Translations under genes and position numbers: made by a program | Assembly (NCBI GenBank): GCA_019634005.1 | Contig: JAHQWD010000002.1 | Location: forward strand, 128,747 to 192,746 | Length of the DNA stretch: 64,000 nt | Origin: Candidatus Kaiserbacteria bacterium | Lineage (GTDB): Bacteria > Patescibacteriota > Minisyncoccia > Phycocordibacterales > UBA918 | Direction: 5' to 3' | In this document: piece after piece, positions 56,040 through 64,000 of the stretch | Numbering within the stretch: position 1 is the stretch's first letter | Layout: every line of letters begins with the position of its first letter | Notes under the pieces: model-generated | Database searches by the model: none | What the model saw: the letters and a program-made list of their open reading frames with translations, nothing else | What the model was told of the DNA's origin: nothing

Positions 56040-56921
56040 CTAATCAAAAATAGAAATCAGGTATTCGTCGATTTTTCGCTGCTCCCAATCATAGAAATGT
56101 GCATCAGCACGACGGAGGTCTCGCGCAAGATCCTCTCCTACAAATCGCCAGTGCCACGGCTCATATATATAATACTGATTGTTTTCATCATAAGAAAGCA
56201 CAAATCCGTACTTATACGCGTTATCGACAAGCCATTCGAATGCTTCAGTGTTTCCGAAGCCGTTAAGTCCACCGCCAAGGCCTTCGGTAGTGAAATCTAC
56301 TGCAGTTCCCAATTGGTGCTCAGAATATCCTTGATCTGCAGAGAAGGTATTTGCACCAGATCCATAGGTTACGGTGTAGGCACTCTTAAGGTTTGCTTGT
56401 TCACCCCATGAGCGATATGCGGACACAATCCAGATTTTCACACCGTCGTCGAGTGCCTCCTCAAGCATGTCTTCAAGAAATGGTTCCACTTTCTTATGAA
56501 TCTGTTTTTCAAGATCCTCATTATAGAGCCACTCTTTATCTATATTTGAAAGAGAATCAGGGATGTAGTGCTCATTGAGGAAGTACACCTTTGAATATTT
56601 TTGAAGGAGCTCCTCGTCCGTTTTTGAGAGTTTATCCAGTACCCCAACAGTATCTGCGATATCTTCAATCTGATCCTCAAACTCTTCGTTCCGTGCCCGT
56701 TCTATAGAGAGTTCTCCCTGCAGTTGTTCTCGTTCTCCTGTGACGCTTGTGAGACTCTCAGTAGTGGTGGCAAGCACATGCTCAAGTTCAGAGATACGAG
56801 ATTCTGCTCGGGTTAACTTCTGGTCTAGGAAGTGCCATGCAATACCTCCAGCCACGAGAAGTACGATGATGAGTCCAAAAAGCGTATAGTGTGCGGTATC
56901 CATCTCTTTCTGCATATTCAT
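56040..56921 (-). CDS. M15B family D,D-carboxypeptidase (VanY-like) with TM and coiled coil
   Basis: SAYRS..EQ, SADQGYSEHQLGTAVD, YEPWHWRFVG. Confidence 0.9.
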   Translation of the reverse strand: MNMQKEMDTAHYTLFGLIIVLLVAGGIAWHFLDQKLTRAESRISELEHVLATTTESLTSVTGEREQLQGELSIERARNEEFEDQIEDIADTVGVLDKLSKTDEELLQKYSKVYFLNEHYIPDSLSNIDKEWLYNEDLEKQIHKKVEPFLEDMLEEALDDGVKIWIVSAYRSWGEQANLKSAYTVTYGSGANTFSADQGYSEHQLGTAVDFTTEGLGGGLNGFGNTEAFEWLVDNAYKYGFVLSYDENNQYYIYEPWHWRFVGEDLARDLRRADAHFYDWEQRKIDEYLISIFD

Positions 56922-57009
56922 GTAGAGGGATTGTACCATATGAGAGAGATTGAAAACCCCCATCATTCATGGTACCGTGATGGCACCTTTAACGGTAAAT
57001 AAACAATAC

Positions 57010-57501
57010 ATGGCAGAAAAAACAATGCCAGCAGCCGAGGCAGCTCAGTACGCTGATGAAAAAAACAGCTACGAGTTTGCCTTCCACGTACTTCCAACGG
57101 TTGCTGAAGGGGAAGTAGCCGGCGTATTTGAATCTCTCAAGGGACTCATTACCGCTGCAGGTGCTGAAATCTTTGATGAGGAGGCGCCTGAACATCTCGA
57201 TCTTGCCTACGATATCGAAAAAGATATCGAAGGTACCTATCGCAGATTCCACAGTGCATACTTCGGGTGGATTCGTTTCCGCACAGAAGGATCACTTCTT
57301 GAAACGCTTACAGAAGAGATTGAGGCTCGTCCTGAAATACTTCGACATCTCATCGTAAAACTTACGAAAGTAGAAGAAGCAAACCCATTCCGTTACCACG
57401 AGGCGCAGAAAGCGAACAAAAAGGTAACTGATGTAGAAGTAGAGGATTCTTCAGAAGAAAAAGATTCTGATGAAGTGTCTAAGGAAGAGGAGAAGGGGTA
57501 G
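57010..57501 (+). CDS. rpsF: 30S ribosomal protein S6
   Basis: YEFAFHVLP, LAYDI, AYFGWIRF, ILRHLIVK; precedes ssb-rpsR. Confidence 0.88.
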   Translation: MAEKTMPAAEAAQYADEKNSYEFAFHVLPTVAEGEVAGVFESLKGLITAAGAEIFDEEAPEHLDLAYDIEKDIEGTYRRFHSAYFGWIRFRTEGSLLETLTEEIEARPEILRHLIVKLTKVEEANPFRYHEAQKANKKVTDVEVEDSSEEKDSDEVSKEEEKG

Positions 57502-57524
57502 GTATTAGATAACAAAAACGTTCT

Positions 57525-57956
57525 ATGTATCTTAATAAAGCAATGGTGTACGGAAATCTCACACGAGATCCAGAACTCCGTTCACTCCCAAGTGGCATCC
57601 AGGTGTGTTCATTCTCTCTTGCGACCAATCGTGTCTACAAAGACCGAGATGGAAACAAGCAGGAGCAGGCAGACTATCACAACGTTGTAGTCTTCGGTCG
57701 TCAGGCTGAGACCAGCGCACAGTATCTTAAGAAAGGGTCAGGAGCATTCGTTGAAGGACGCCTCCAGACTCGCAGTTGGGATAAAGATGGCGTAAAGCAG
57801 TATCGTACTGAGATTGTCGCAGATCGCGTACAGTTCGGACCACGTACTGAGGGAGGCTCTGCACCGCAGAATGACACCAAGCAGGATGCGCCAGATACAC
57901 AGAACGCACCAGAATATCCAGAGGAGGACATCAATCCAGAGGATATTCCATTCTAG
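57525..57956 (+). CDS. ssb: Single-stranded DNA-binding protein
   Basis: LNKAMVYGNLTRDPELR, EGRLQTRSW, C-terminal EDIPF. Confidence 0.97.
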   Translation: MYLNKAMVYGNLTRDPELRSLPSGIQVCSFSLATNRVYKDRDGNKQEQADYHNVVVFGRQAETSAQYLKKGSGAFVEGRLQTRSWDKDGVKQYRTEIVADRVQFGPRTEGGSAPQNDTKQDAPDTQNAPEYPEEDINPEDIPF

Positions 57957-57965
57957 AGAATCAAT

Positions 57966-58157
57966 ATGGAGAATAAGAAACAAAACACACAGCATTTCGA
58001 CTACAAAGATGTAGACCGTCTCGTAGCGAATCTCAATCCTCACTCTCGTATGCACAGCCGCAAGCGTACACACCTTACGGCAAAGGAACAGCGAAACTTC
58101 GCTCAGGGAGTGAAACGAGCACGATTCATGGCACTGGTGCCATACGTCTCACACTAA
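57966..58157 (+). CDS. rpsR: 30S ribosomal protein S18
   Basis: FDYKDVDRL, QRNFAQGVKRARFMALVPY. Confidence 0.93.
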   Translation: MENKKQNTQHFDYKDVDRLVANLNPHSRMHSRKRTHLTAKEQRNFAQGVKRARFMALVPYVSH

Positions 58158-58160
58158 AAG

Positions 58161-58190
58161 AAAAACCCCGCAGTTGCGGGGTTTTTCTTT
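58161..58190 (+). terminator. Rho-independent terminator
   Basis: AAAAACCCCGCA-GT-TGCGGGGTTTTT. Confidence 0.8.
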
Positions 58191-58225
58191 TAGTGCTAGG
58201 GTTATTTTAGGAAAGGAGAAAGACA

Positions 58226-58309
58226 GTGGAAAACAAACCAATCTTCCCAGACTTCATTCGTGCATATTTTTTGGGACTCATTTTGTTCGTTGTAGGCACA
58301 TTGTTGTAG
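58226..58309 (+). CDS. 27-aa single-TM microprotein
   Basis: SD AAGGAG; GTG start; MENKPIFPDFIRAYFLGLILFVVGTLL*. Confidence 0.55.
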   Translation: MENKPIFPDFIRAYFLGLILFVVGTLL

Positions 58310-58319
58310 GAGGAAGCAA

Positions 58320-58412
58320 ATGTGGGATAAAATCCCTCACAGGGCACAGGTGGGGATATTACTTGGCGCAATCGCCATTGTTGTTGCCCCAATCGTCTCA
58401 TTTTTGACATAG
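58320..58412 (+). CDS. 30-aa single-TM microprotein
   Basis: SD TAGGAGG includes the previous stop; MWDKIPHRAQVGILLGAIAIVVAPIVSFLT*. Confidence 0.6.
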   Translation: MWDKIPHRAQVGILLGAIAIVVAPIVSFLT

Positions 58413-58421
58413 GAGGAAAAA

Positions 58422-58535
58422 ATGAAGAAAAGCAAAATGAGTTTGTTGGACAAAGGACTCGTTGCCGTGATCCTGCTTGCGGCAATCGCGGGAACGATAG
58501 TGCTTATTGCAGGCGTGATCGCCTTTGCCAACTAG
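58422..58535 (+). CDS. 37-aa single-TM microprotein
   Basis: SD TAGGAGG includes the previous stop; MKKSKMSLLDKGLVAVILLAAIAGTIVLIAGVIAFAN*. Confidence 0.6.
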   Translation: MKKSKMSLLDKGLVAVILLAAIAGTIVLIAGVIAFAN

Positions 58536-58552
58536 TGATGTCCGCAACCCTG

Positions 58553-58580
58553 TAAAAGCCCGACACACTGTCGGGCTTTT
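58553..58580. terminator. Bidirectional terminator
   Basis: AAAAGCCCGACA-CAC-TGTCGGGCTTTT. Confidence 0.8.
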
Positions 58581-58581
58581 C

Positions 58582-59157
58582 CTATGCTTTCTCAACGCGC
58601 TCTGCGTACGCTCCTTCTTCAGTGTTCACCCGTACCACATCTCCTTCGTTGATGAACATGGGTACTTGGATTGTGGCACCACTTTCAAGCTTTACTTCCT
58701 TGGTTGCTCCCGATGATGTGTTTCCTTTTACTGCAGGCGCGGCTTCGGTTACCTCAAGGTCTACTTTAATAGGGAGGGAAATACTCATGATCTCATCATT
58801 GAATGCGAGCGCTTCAACAAGGCTGTTCTCCTTAAGGAAAATTGCTTGGTCTCCAATAATGTCTTTCTCGAAACTAAAGCGATCGCGAGGATTGTCTGGC
58901 GTACAGAAAAAATACTCTCCACGATTCTCATACAGAAACTTCACCTCACGCTTCTCTATATCTGCTTCTTCAAGCGTATCAGACTGATGAAAGGTTCGGT
59001 CTACCACACCTCCCGTACGGAGGTTTTTCATTTTCACGTTGTTACTCGCTTTCTGTCGGTCTTTCTTCGAGAGGGCAGAAGAGAGCACAAGGTATGGATC
59101 TCCGTCCATGACGACTGCTTTCTTTGTGGTGATTTCGTTGTATTGTAGTTTTGCCAT
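58582..59157 (-). CDS. efp: Elongation factor P
   Basis: KMKNLRTG, PAVKGNTSSGATK, VPMFINEGD.VRVNT. Confidence 0.92.
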   Translation of the reverse strand: MAKLQYNEITTKKAVVMDGDPYLVLSSALSKKDRQKASNNVKMKNLRTGGVVDRTFHQSDTLEEADIEKREVKFLYENRGEYFFCTPDNPRDRFSFEKDIIGDQAIFLKENSLVEALAFNDEIMSISLPIKVDLEVTEAAPAVKGNTSSGATKEVKLESGATIQVPMFINEGDVVRVNTEEGAYAERVEKA

Positions 59158-59209
59158 AACCTTTTGTATTTCAGATTGGTATAGTAAGGTGAGGCAATCA
59201 TATCAAGAT

Positions 59210-59767
59210 ATGTTCGAGCCTACAACAGAGAAAACCGATGAAGAGATTCTTGTACGTGCTCAGGGAGAGCCGTGGCTCTTTGCGGTACTCCTTGAACGGT
59301 ATCAGGATGCCTTTCTCAGGAAAGCCGGAACGATCCTCTTTGATATTCGTGACGCAGAAGAAGTGGTGCAGGATGCGTTTACGAAGATATATCTCAATGC
59401 AGGACGGTTTGATAGACATGCAGGTTCATTCTCTTCGTGGGGGTACAAGATTCTCGTAAATACTGCGCTCACTCGGTACAACAAGTGTAAGCGAGAAGGG
59501 AAGCGAGTTATTACACTTGATCCAGAAATATGGGAGTATCTTGGAAAAGAAGAAAACCACTCTGGATTTGAAGAAGAGCGTGATGGCATTGAGCGTGTGC
59601 TTGAGAAAATGCCAACCCAGTTCGCACAGGTGCTTCGCCTCCATTATCTCGAACGGTGGCCTCAGAAGGATATTGCGAAAGAAATGGGGAAGAGCCCAGG
59701 AGCGGTAAAAGCACTCGTTCACCGAGCAAAAGAATCATTTAAGAAAAATGCCTATGACTACGAATAA
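59210..59767 (+). CDS. ECF RNA polymerase sigma factor
   Basis: DAEEVVQDAFTKIY, FSSWGYKILVN, region 4 HTH AVKALVHRAK. Confidence 0.9.
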   Translation: MFEPTTEKTDEEILVRAQGEPWLFAVLLERYQDAFLRKAGTILFDIRDAEEVVQDAFTKIYLNAGRFDRHAGSFSSWGYKILVNTALTRYNKCKREGKRVITLDPEIWEYLGKEENHSGFEEERDGIERVLEKMPTQFAQVLRLHYLERWPQKDIAKEMGKSPGAVKALVHRAKESFKKNAYDYE

Positions 59768-60074
59768 CATCCACAAGACCGTAATGAGAAGAGTGTACTA
59801 TGCGTATGCGTTAAGTCTGGTGACGCATGTGGCTTTTCTCTACGGCGTTCTTGTTTCAGTCCTTGCGTATAGCTTTACACGCTTTGTCTCACTGCCACAC
59901 GTATTTGAGAATATAAGTCAGGTACCAGTAGGGGAGGTATTCTCTTATGTCTATGATGCATTTGTCTCAACAGAATACTGGACACTCATCATACTGACAC
60001 TTTTTGTATTGGTAGCAATTTCACTTTATCGACGTATACAAAATGCGCCACACATACGTATGGCGCATTCGTAA
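59748..60074 (+). CDS. Two-TM membrane protein, candidate anti-sigma factor
   Basis: Overlaps the sigma stop; VMRRV N-terminus, two TMs. Confidence 0.6.
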   Translation: MPMTTNNIHKTVMRRVYYAYALSLVTHVAFLYGVLVSVLAYSFTRFVSLPHVFENISQVPVGEVFSYVYDAFVSTEYWTLIILTLFVLVAISLYRRIQNAPHIRMAHS

Positions 60075-60086
60075 GGAAGTAAGAGT

Positions 60087-61154
60087 CTATTTCTCTTCCT
60101 TCAGCGCCTTCCGAACATTCTTAAGTAGTTCGTTCTGCACCTTCTTTTCTTCACGAAGTTTTGTACGTGCCGCATCATAGCCACGACCAAGCTTCACTTC
60201 GGTACTCTCGTCTCCTCCTGGAGGCGTGTATGTGTATGATGCACCAGACTTTTTAATAAATCCGTACTTCTCTCCAAGCGCAAGGAGTTCTCCTTCGCGG
60301 CTGATTCCTTCTCCGTAGATAAGGTCAAACTCTGTGGTGCGGAATGGGGCAGCCACCTTGTTTTTCACCACCTTCACACGATGTCGTCCTCCCACTACTT
60401 CGTCACCCTTCTTAATCTGTGCGATACGACGAATATCAAGACGTACAGAGCTGTAGAACTTGAGCGCCTTTCCACCTGGGGTGGTCTCTGGGTTTCCAAA
60501 CATCACGCCAACCTGCATACGAATTTGGTTAATGAAGATAACTACCGTCTTACTCTTGGCAACGATACCAGTGAGTTTTCGGAGTGCTTGGGACATCAGA
60601 CGTGCCTGCTTTCCAACATGGTGCGCTCCCATCTCTCCCTCAATTTCGTCTTTTGGTGTAAGGGCAGCAACAGAGTCTACAACAATGACATCCACTTTTC
60701 CGCTTCGTACAAGGGACTCCACGATTTCAAGCGCTTGTTCTCCAGTATTTGGCTGAGAGATGAGAAGGTCATCAAGTTTCACGCCAATATTTTTAGAATA
60801 CTCTGGGTCCATAGCATGTTCTGCATCGATAAACGCACAAACGCCTCCTGCTTTCTGTGCCTCTGCGACAGCGTGGAGTGAAAGGGTAGTCTTTCCAGAA
60901 GACTCTGGTCCGTAAATCTCCACGACACGTCCGCGGGGAAGTCCGCCGATGCCAAGTGCATCATCGAGTCCGATAGATCCAGTTGAGACTGCATCAATGT
61001 TCACCTTCTGGGTTTCACCGAGGGTCATAATGGCGTCATCGCCAAACTTGGTTTTGATGCTTCGCAGTGTCTCTGCAATAGTATTATCACCTTTCTCTTC
61101 TGGTTTTGTTGTCACCTTTTTCGTTGCTTTCTTCGTTCCTTTTTTCGCTGCCAT
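60087..61154 (-). CDS. recA: Recombinase A
   Basis: [42 protein letters not shown]. Confidence 0.98.
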   Translation of the reverse strand: MAAKKGTKKATKKVTTKPEEKGDNTIAETLRSIKTKFGDDAIMTLGETQKVNIDAVSTGSIGLDDALGIGGLPRGRVVEIYGPESSGKTTLSLHAVAEAQKAGGVCAFIDAEHAMDPEYSKNIGVKLDDLLISQPNTGEQALEIVESLVRSGKVDVIVVDSVAALTPKDEIEGEMGAHHVGKQARLMSQALRKLTGIVAKSKTVVIFINQIRMQVGVMFGNPETTPGGKALKFYSSVRLDIRRIAQIKKGDEVVGGRHRVKVVKNKVAAPFRTTEFDLIYGEGISREGELLALGEKYGFIKKSGASYTYTPPGGDESTEVKLGRGYDAARTKLREEKKVQNELLKNVRKALKEEK

Positions 61155-61157
61155 AAT

Positions 61158-61529
61158 TTATGAAGTTGGTTGGTAAATTAATTCTTTGGTGAGGGAGACC
61201 GTACGTCCATATCGATCTTTTGCTCTCAGGGTCATTATAGTATAGCCAGTGGGGAGCACCAAAGATTCTGCAAATGCTCCCTCGGCGTCCGTATTGATTT
61301 CCTTGCCGTTAAGCCGTATCTCTGTGATATTTTGCGCAGTACCTGCAATAGTGACCGTGCGATCTGCCTGAAGGGTTAGGGTTGGGCTCTCGAGAGAAAT
61401 AACTGGTCCTGCAAGGAAGAAGCGTGCTTGAAAGATTCCATACCAGAGAAGCGCTCCGCCGAGTACCACAACTCCCAACACTCTTACAATGAACGCTGCA
61501 TTTAGTTTGTGGAGTCGAAGCGGTGCCAT
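61158..61529 (-). CDS. Membrane-anchored Ig-like hypothetical protein
   Basis: N-terminal TM then a beta-rich domain (GTA, LNG, AKDRYGR). Confidence 0.7.
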   Translation of the reverse strand: MAPLRLHKLNAAFIVRVLGVVVLGGALLWYGIFQARFFLAGPVISLESPTLTLQADRTVTIAGTAQNITEIRLNGKEINTDAEGAFAESLVLPTGYTIMTLRAKDRYGRTVSLTKELIYQPTS

Positions 61530-61531
61530 GT

Positions 61532-63718
61532 CTATGATTCTTCCTCCTCGTTATCTTCCACATCCTCATCTGGCTCTGAACTTTGTTCGAGAATCTCTCG
61601 TGGTTTTGATCCATCCGCAGGGCCGATAACACCGCGTTCTTCGAGAATATCCATAAGCCGTGCTGCTCGAGAGTACCCGACACGAAGTTTTCGCTGGAGG
61701 TATGAGGTAGATGCTTTACCTGCCTCAAGGACGGCGACACGTGCGTCATCGTAGAGGTCATCGTCCTCATCATCCCCGAGAGAGCTAGACTCGAAGAAGG
61801 CATCAGGGCTGGTCTTACCGTCTTCGCCAAGACTGATGGAGTCCAATTCATAAGAATCAGTTTGCTTCTTAAGGTGATTCACCACCTTCTTCACCTCGTC
61901 CTCACTTACGAATGCAGACTGCATGCGTTGTGGCTTTGCCAACTCTCCAGAAAGGAAGAGCATATCTCCTGCACCAAGAAGTTTCTCCGCACCCACTTGA
62001 TCAAGAATGGTGCGAGAGTCTACCTGTGACGCCACCTGAAGGGCAACACGGCTTGGTACGTTTGCCTTAATAAGACCAGTAATAACGTTTACGGATGGAC
62101 GTTGTGTCGAGAGGAGGAGATGGATACCCACGGCACGACTCATCTGCGCGAGGCGTACGATTGAAGCTTCAAGTTCTCGTGGGTATGACTGCATGAGGTC
62201 CGCGAGCTCGTCGATGACAATAACAATGTATGGCATTGGCTCGGGGAGTTCCTCCTTCTCATCGTCTGGAGAACCGTTCTTTTCCCACTCTTCTTTCGCA
62301 GGTCCAAATACATTTTCATGGTACGAGCCAATATCACGGACTTTCTCAGCCTGGAGAATATCGTAGCGTCGTTCCATCTCCTTTATAGCCCACTTCAGTG
62401 AAAGGATTGCTTTCTTTGGCTCGGTAATAACAGGGGTGAGAAGGTGAGGAATATCGTTATAAAGGGTAAGTTCCACACGCTTTGGATCCACCATGATAAA
62501 GCGAAGCATCTCTGGAGAGTTACGGAAGAGGAGGGAGGTCACAAACGCATGAATCGTCACCGACTTACCAGAACCAGTAGTACCCGCAATGAGTGCGTGT
62601 GGCATTTTCGCAACGTTTCCAAAGTGAGAGTTCCCAGTAATGTCTCGCCCGAGTGCAACCATGAGTGGCTTTGGAGAGTCTGTGTACTCTGGTGATGCCA
62701 AGAGGGAAGCGAGACCAACTGTTGATTTTGTTGTGTTTGGTACCTCAATACCAACGAGAGACTTTCCAGGAATTGGCGCCTCAATACGAATAGGAGAGGC
62801 AGCGAGTGCGAGTTCGAGGTTGTTTTGTAGCCCCACGATCTTAGAGATACGAACACCTTCTGCAGGCTTCAATGCATAACGGGTCACGGTTGGGCCGATA
62901 GATACCTCATCCATCTCCACATCGATCTTGAAGTTCTTAAGTGTCCGCTTGATGATGTTTGCGTTTGCCTTCACGTCACCAACTTGTGCCTTTCCACTAT
63001 CCTTACGAAGGAGTGAAAGGGGAGGAGGGGTGTATGACCCAGAGAAAACACTTGCGACCATCGGTTCGCCACCAAGCCCCAACTTCTCAGTGAAACTTTT
63101 TTTCTTTGGTTCGGGCTCTTCCGCTTCCTCCTCAACGTCTTCTTCTACTTCTTCTTCATTCTCAATTTCCTCTGGAATCTCGATATCAATGTCCTCGTCT
63201 TCTTCTTCCGCATCCTTCTTTCTAAATGGAAGAGAGAAGTGGAAGCCACGATCAAGGGTAAGGAAGATACCGACAAGCACCAGTGCTCCAAGCATCAAAC
63301 CTGCTGCAAGGTTTCCAAAGAGTTTTGCAAGCGGGAAGAGAATTGCGGTTCCGATGTATCCACCTTGGTCTCCAAACAGTGAGAGAAATCCGAGGATGGA
63401 GACAAAGAGAAATGCGACACCGACTGCTTTTGCAACACTAACCTCCTCGGTATCTTCACGAGGGCGCATGAGTACATATACATAGAGTGCACAAATGAGT
63501 GGAGCGATGAGCGCTCCATAGCCAAAGAGGGCGGTAAGTCCGAGTTTTGTATAGTGGCCAACAACACCCGCTTGCTCAAATGAAGAGAGGACAAAAAAGA
63601 TTCCGAGAACAGCAAAAAAGACGGCACCAATTGCTTGCTTTGTGTGTGATGAGAGGTCATCAAAATAGTCTCTTTTAAGCGCCTCCTTTTTTCTCCCTTT
63701 TGTTTTCTTTCGTGCCAT
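61532..63718 (-). CDS. ftsK: DNA translocase FtsK
   Basis: 4 TM, RIEAPIPGKS, MPH.LIAGTTGSGKS, IDELADLM, TQRPSV, gamma domain SYLQRKLRVGYSRAAR. Confidence 0.97.
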   Translation of the reverse strand: MARKKTKGRKKEALKRDYFDDLSSHTKQAIGAVFFAVLGIFFVLSSFEQAGVVGHYTKLGLTALFGYGALIAPLICALYVYVLMRPREDTEEVSVAKAVGVAFLFVSILGFLSLFGDQGGYIGTAILFPLAKLFGNLAAGLMLGALVLVGIFLTLDRGFHFSLPFRKKDAEEEDEDIDIEIPEEIENEEEVEEDVEEEAEEPEPKKKSFTEKLGLGGEPMVASVFSGSYTPPPLSLLRKDSGKAQVGDVKANANIIKRTLKNFKIDVEMDEVSIGPTVTRYALKPAEGVRISKIVGLQNNLELALAASPIRIEAPIPGKSLVGIEVPNTTKSTVGLASLLASPEYTDSPKPLMVALGRDITGNSHFGNVAKMPHALIAGTTGSGKSVTIHAFVTSLLFRNSPEMLRFIMVDPKRVELTLYNDIPHLLTPVITEPKKAILSLKWAIKEMERRYDILQAEKVRDIGSYHENVFGPAKEEWEKNGSPDDEKEELPEPMPYIVIVIDELADLMQSYPRELEASIVRLAQMSRAVGIHLLLSTQRPSVNVITGLIKANVPSRVALQVASQVDSRTILDQVGAEKLLGAGDMLFLSGELAKPQRMQSAFVSEDEVKKVVNHLKKQTDSYELDSISLGEDGKTSPDAFFESSSLGDDEDDDLYDDARVAVLEAGKASTSYLQRKLRVGYSRAARLMDILEERGVIGPADGSKPREILEQSSEPDEDVEDNEEEES

Positions 63719-63897
63719 ATATTAGATATCTACCTGTTGCACTATGATACCACGGTACGAATGTGAAAGACTGTGTATAAAGGACAGATTGTCCATTAGG
63801 GAGATGCGGCAAGTGACAGGGGTTTTAGGTGTTGAATAAGAGACAAAAGAAGCGTATAGTGAGCACCACAGAGATGTCCCATATCTCTAAAAGACAT

Positions 63898-64000
63898 ATG
63901 GAAGATAAAATAAAGGACATAACGCTCAGTACATCAGAACGTCTCATAGCAGATGAGTATTACTACAAGTACGTATTTAAAAAGACAGAGAAAATAATCT
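63898..64000 (+). CDS. Partial hypothetical protein (truncated by window end)
   Basis: MEDKIKDITLSTSERLIADEYYYKYVFKKTEKII..., open to the end; divergent from ftsK. Confidence 0.55.
   Translation, partial: MEDKIKDITLSTSERLIADEYYYKYVFKKTEKII

Noticed and set aside
1-64000. Alternative genetic code (UGA=Gly, as in Gracilibacteria and Absconditabacteria)
   Set aside because: Conserved genes are full length under code 11 and TGA ends several ORFs.

Overview
Chromosomal segment of a small-genome bacterium, most likely CPR/Patescibacteria (Parcubacteria). This is inferred from rplK with no rplA after it, core genes with very short or no leaders and no Shine-Dalgarno (SD), and typical CPR hypothetical proteins; the code is standard bacterial (TGA used as stop). 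Content in order: two paralogous Ser/Thr/Gly-rich Ig-like-repeat surface proteins flanking an RTX-type Ca-binding protein and an S41 peptidase; rpsT; Zur-ZnuABC; a thioredoxin/CcdA/DipZ-like cluster; six tRNAs spread over 9.9-26 kb (Arg-GCG, Ser-TGA, Arg-TCT, Val-TAC, Leu-GAG, His-GTG), two of them directly preceded by free-standing homing-type endonucleases; a small accessory islet after tRNA-His; mscL and nrdA; secE-nusG-rplK; a thymidylate cluster (folA, CYTH, dcd, thyA, glyA); argS; a HigBA-like toxin-antitoxin pair; ileS with an inserted histidine-phosphatase domain; recO, glyQS, metG, tatD, rpsF-ssb-rpsR, efp, an ECF sigma factor, recA and ftsK. The strongest unexplained signal is the ileS 5' leader, which consists of two tandem hairpins whose 7-nt loops (CUGAUAU, CUGAUAC) copy the tRNA-Ile(GAU) anticodon loop, suggesting thrS-like translational autorepression by tRNA mimicry. 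Other candidates: surface proteins with an internal cleavable signal peptide, an unannotated operon of three single-TM microproteins, an orphan four-way-junction small RNA before secE, and a structured nrdA leader. All calls are by eye; no searches or folding programs were run.
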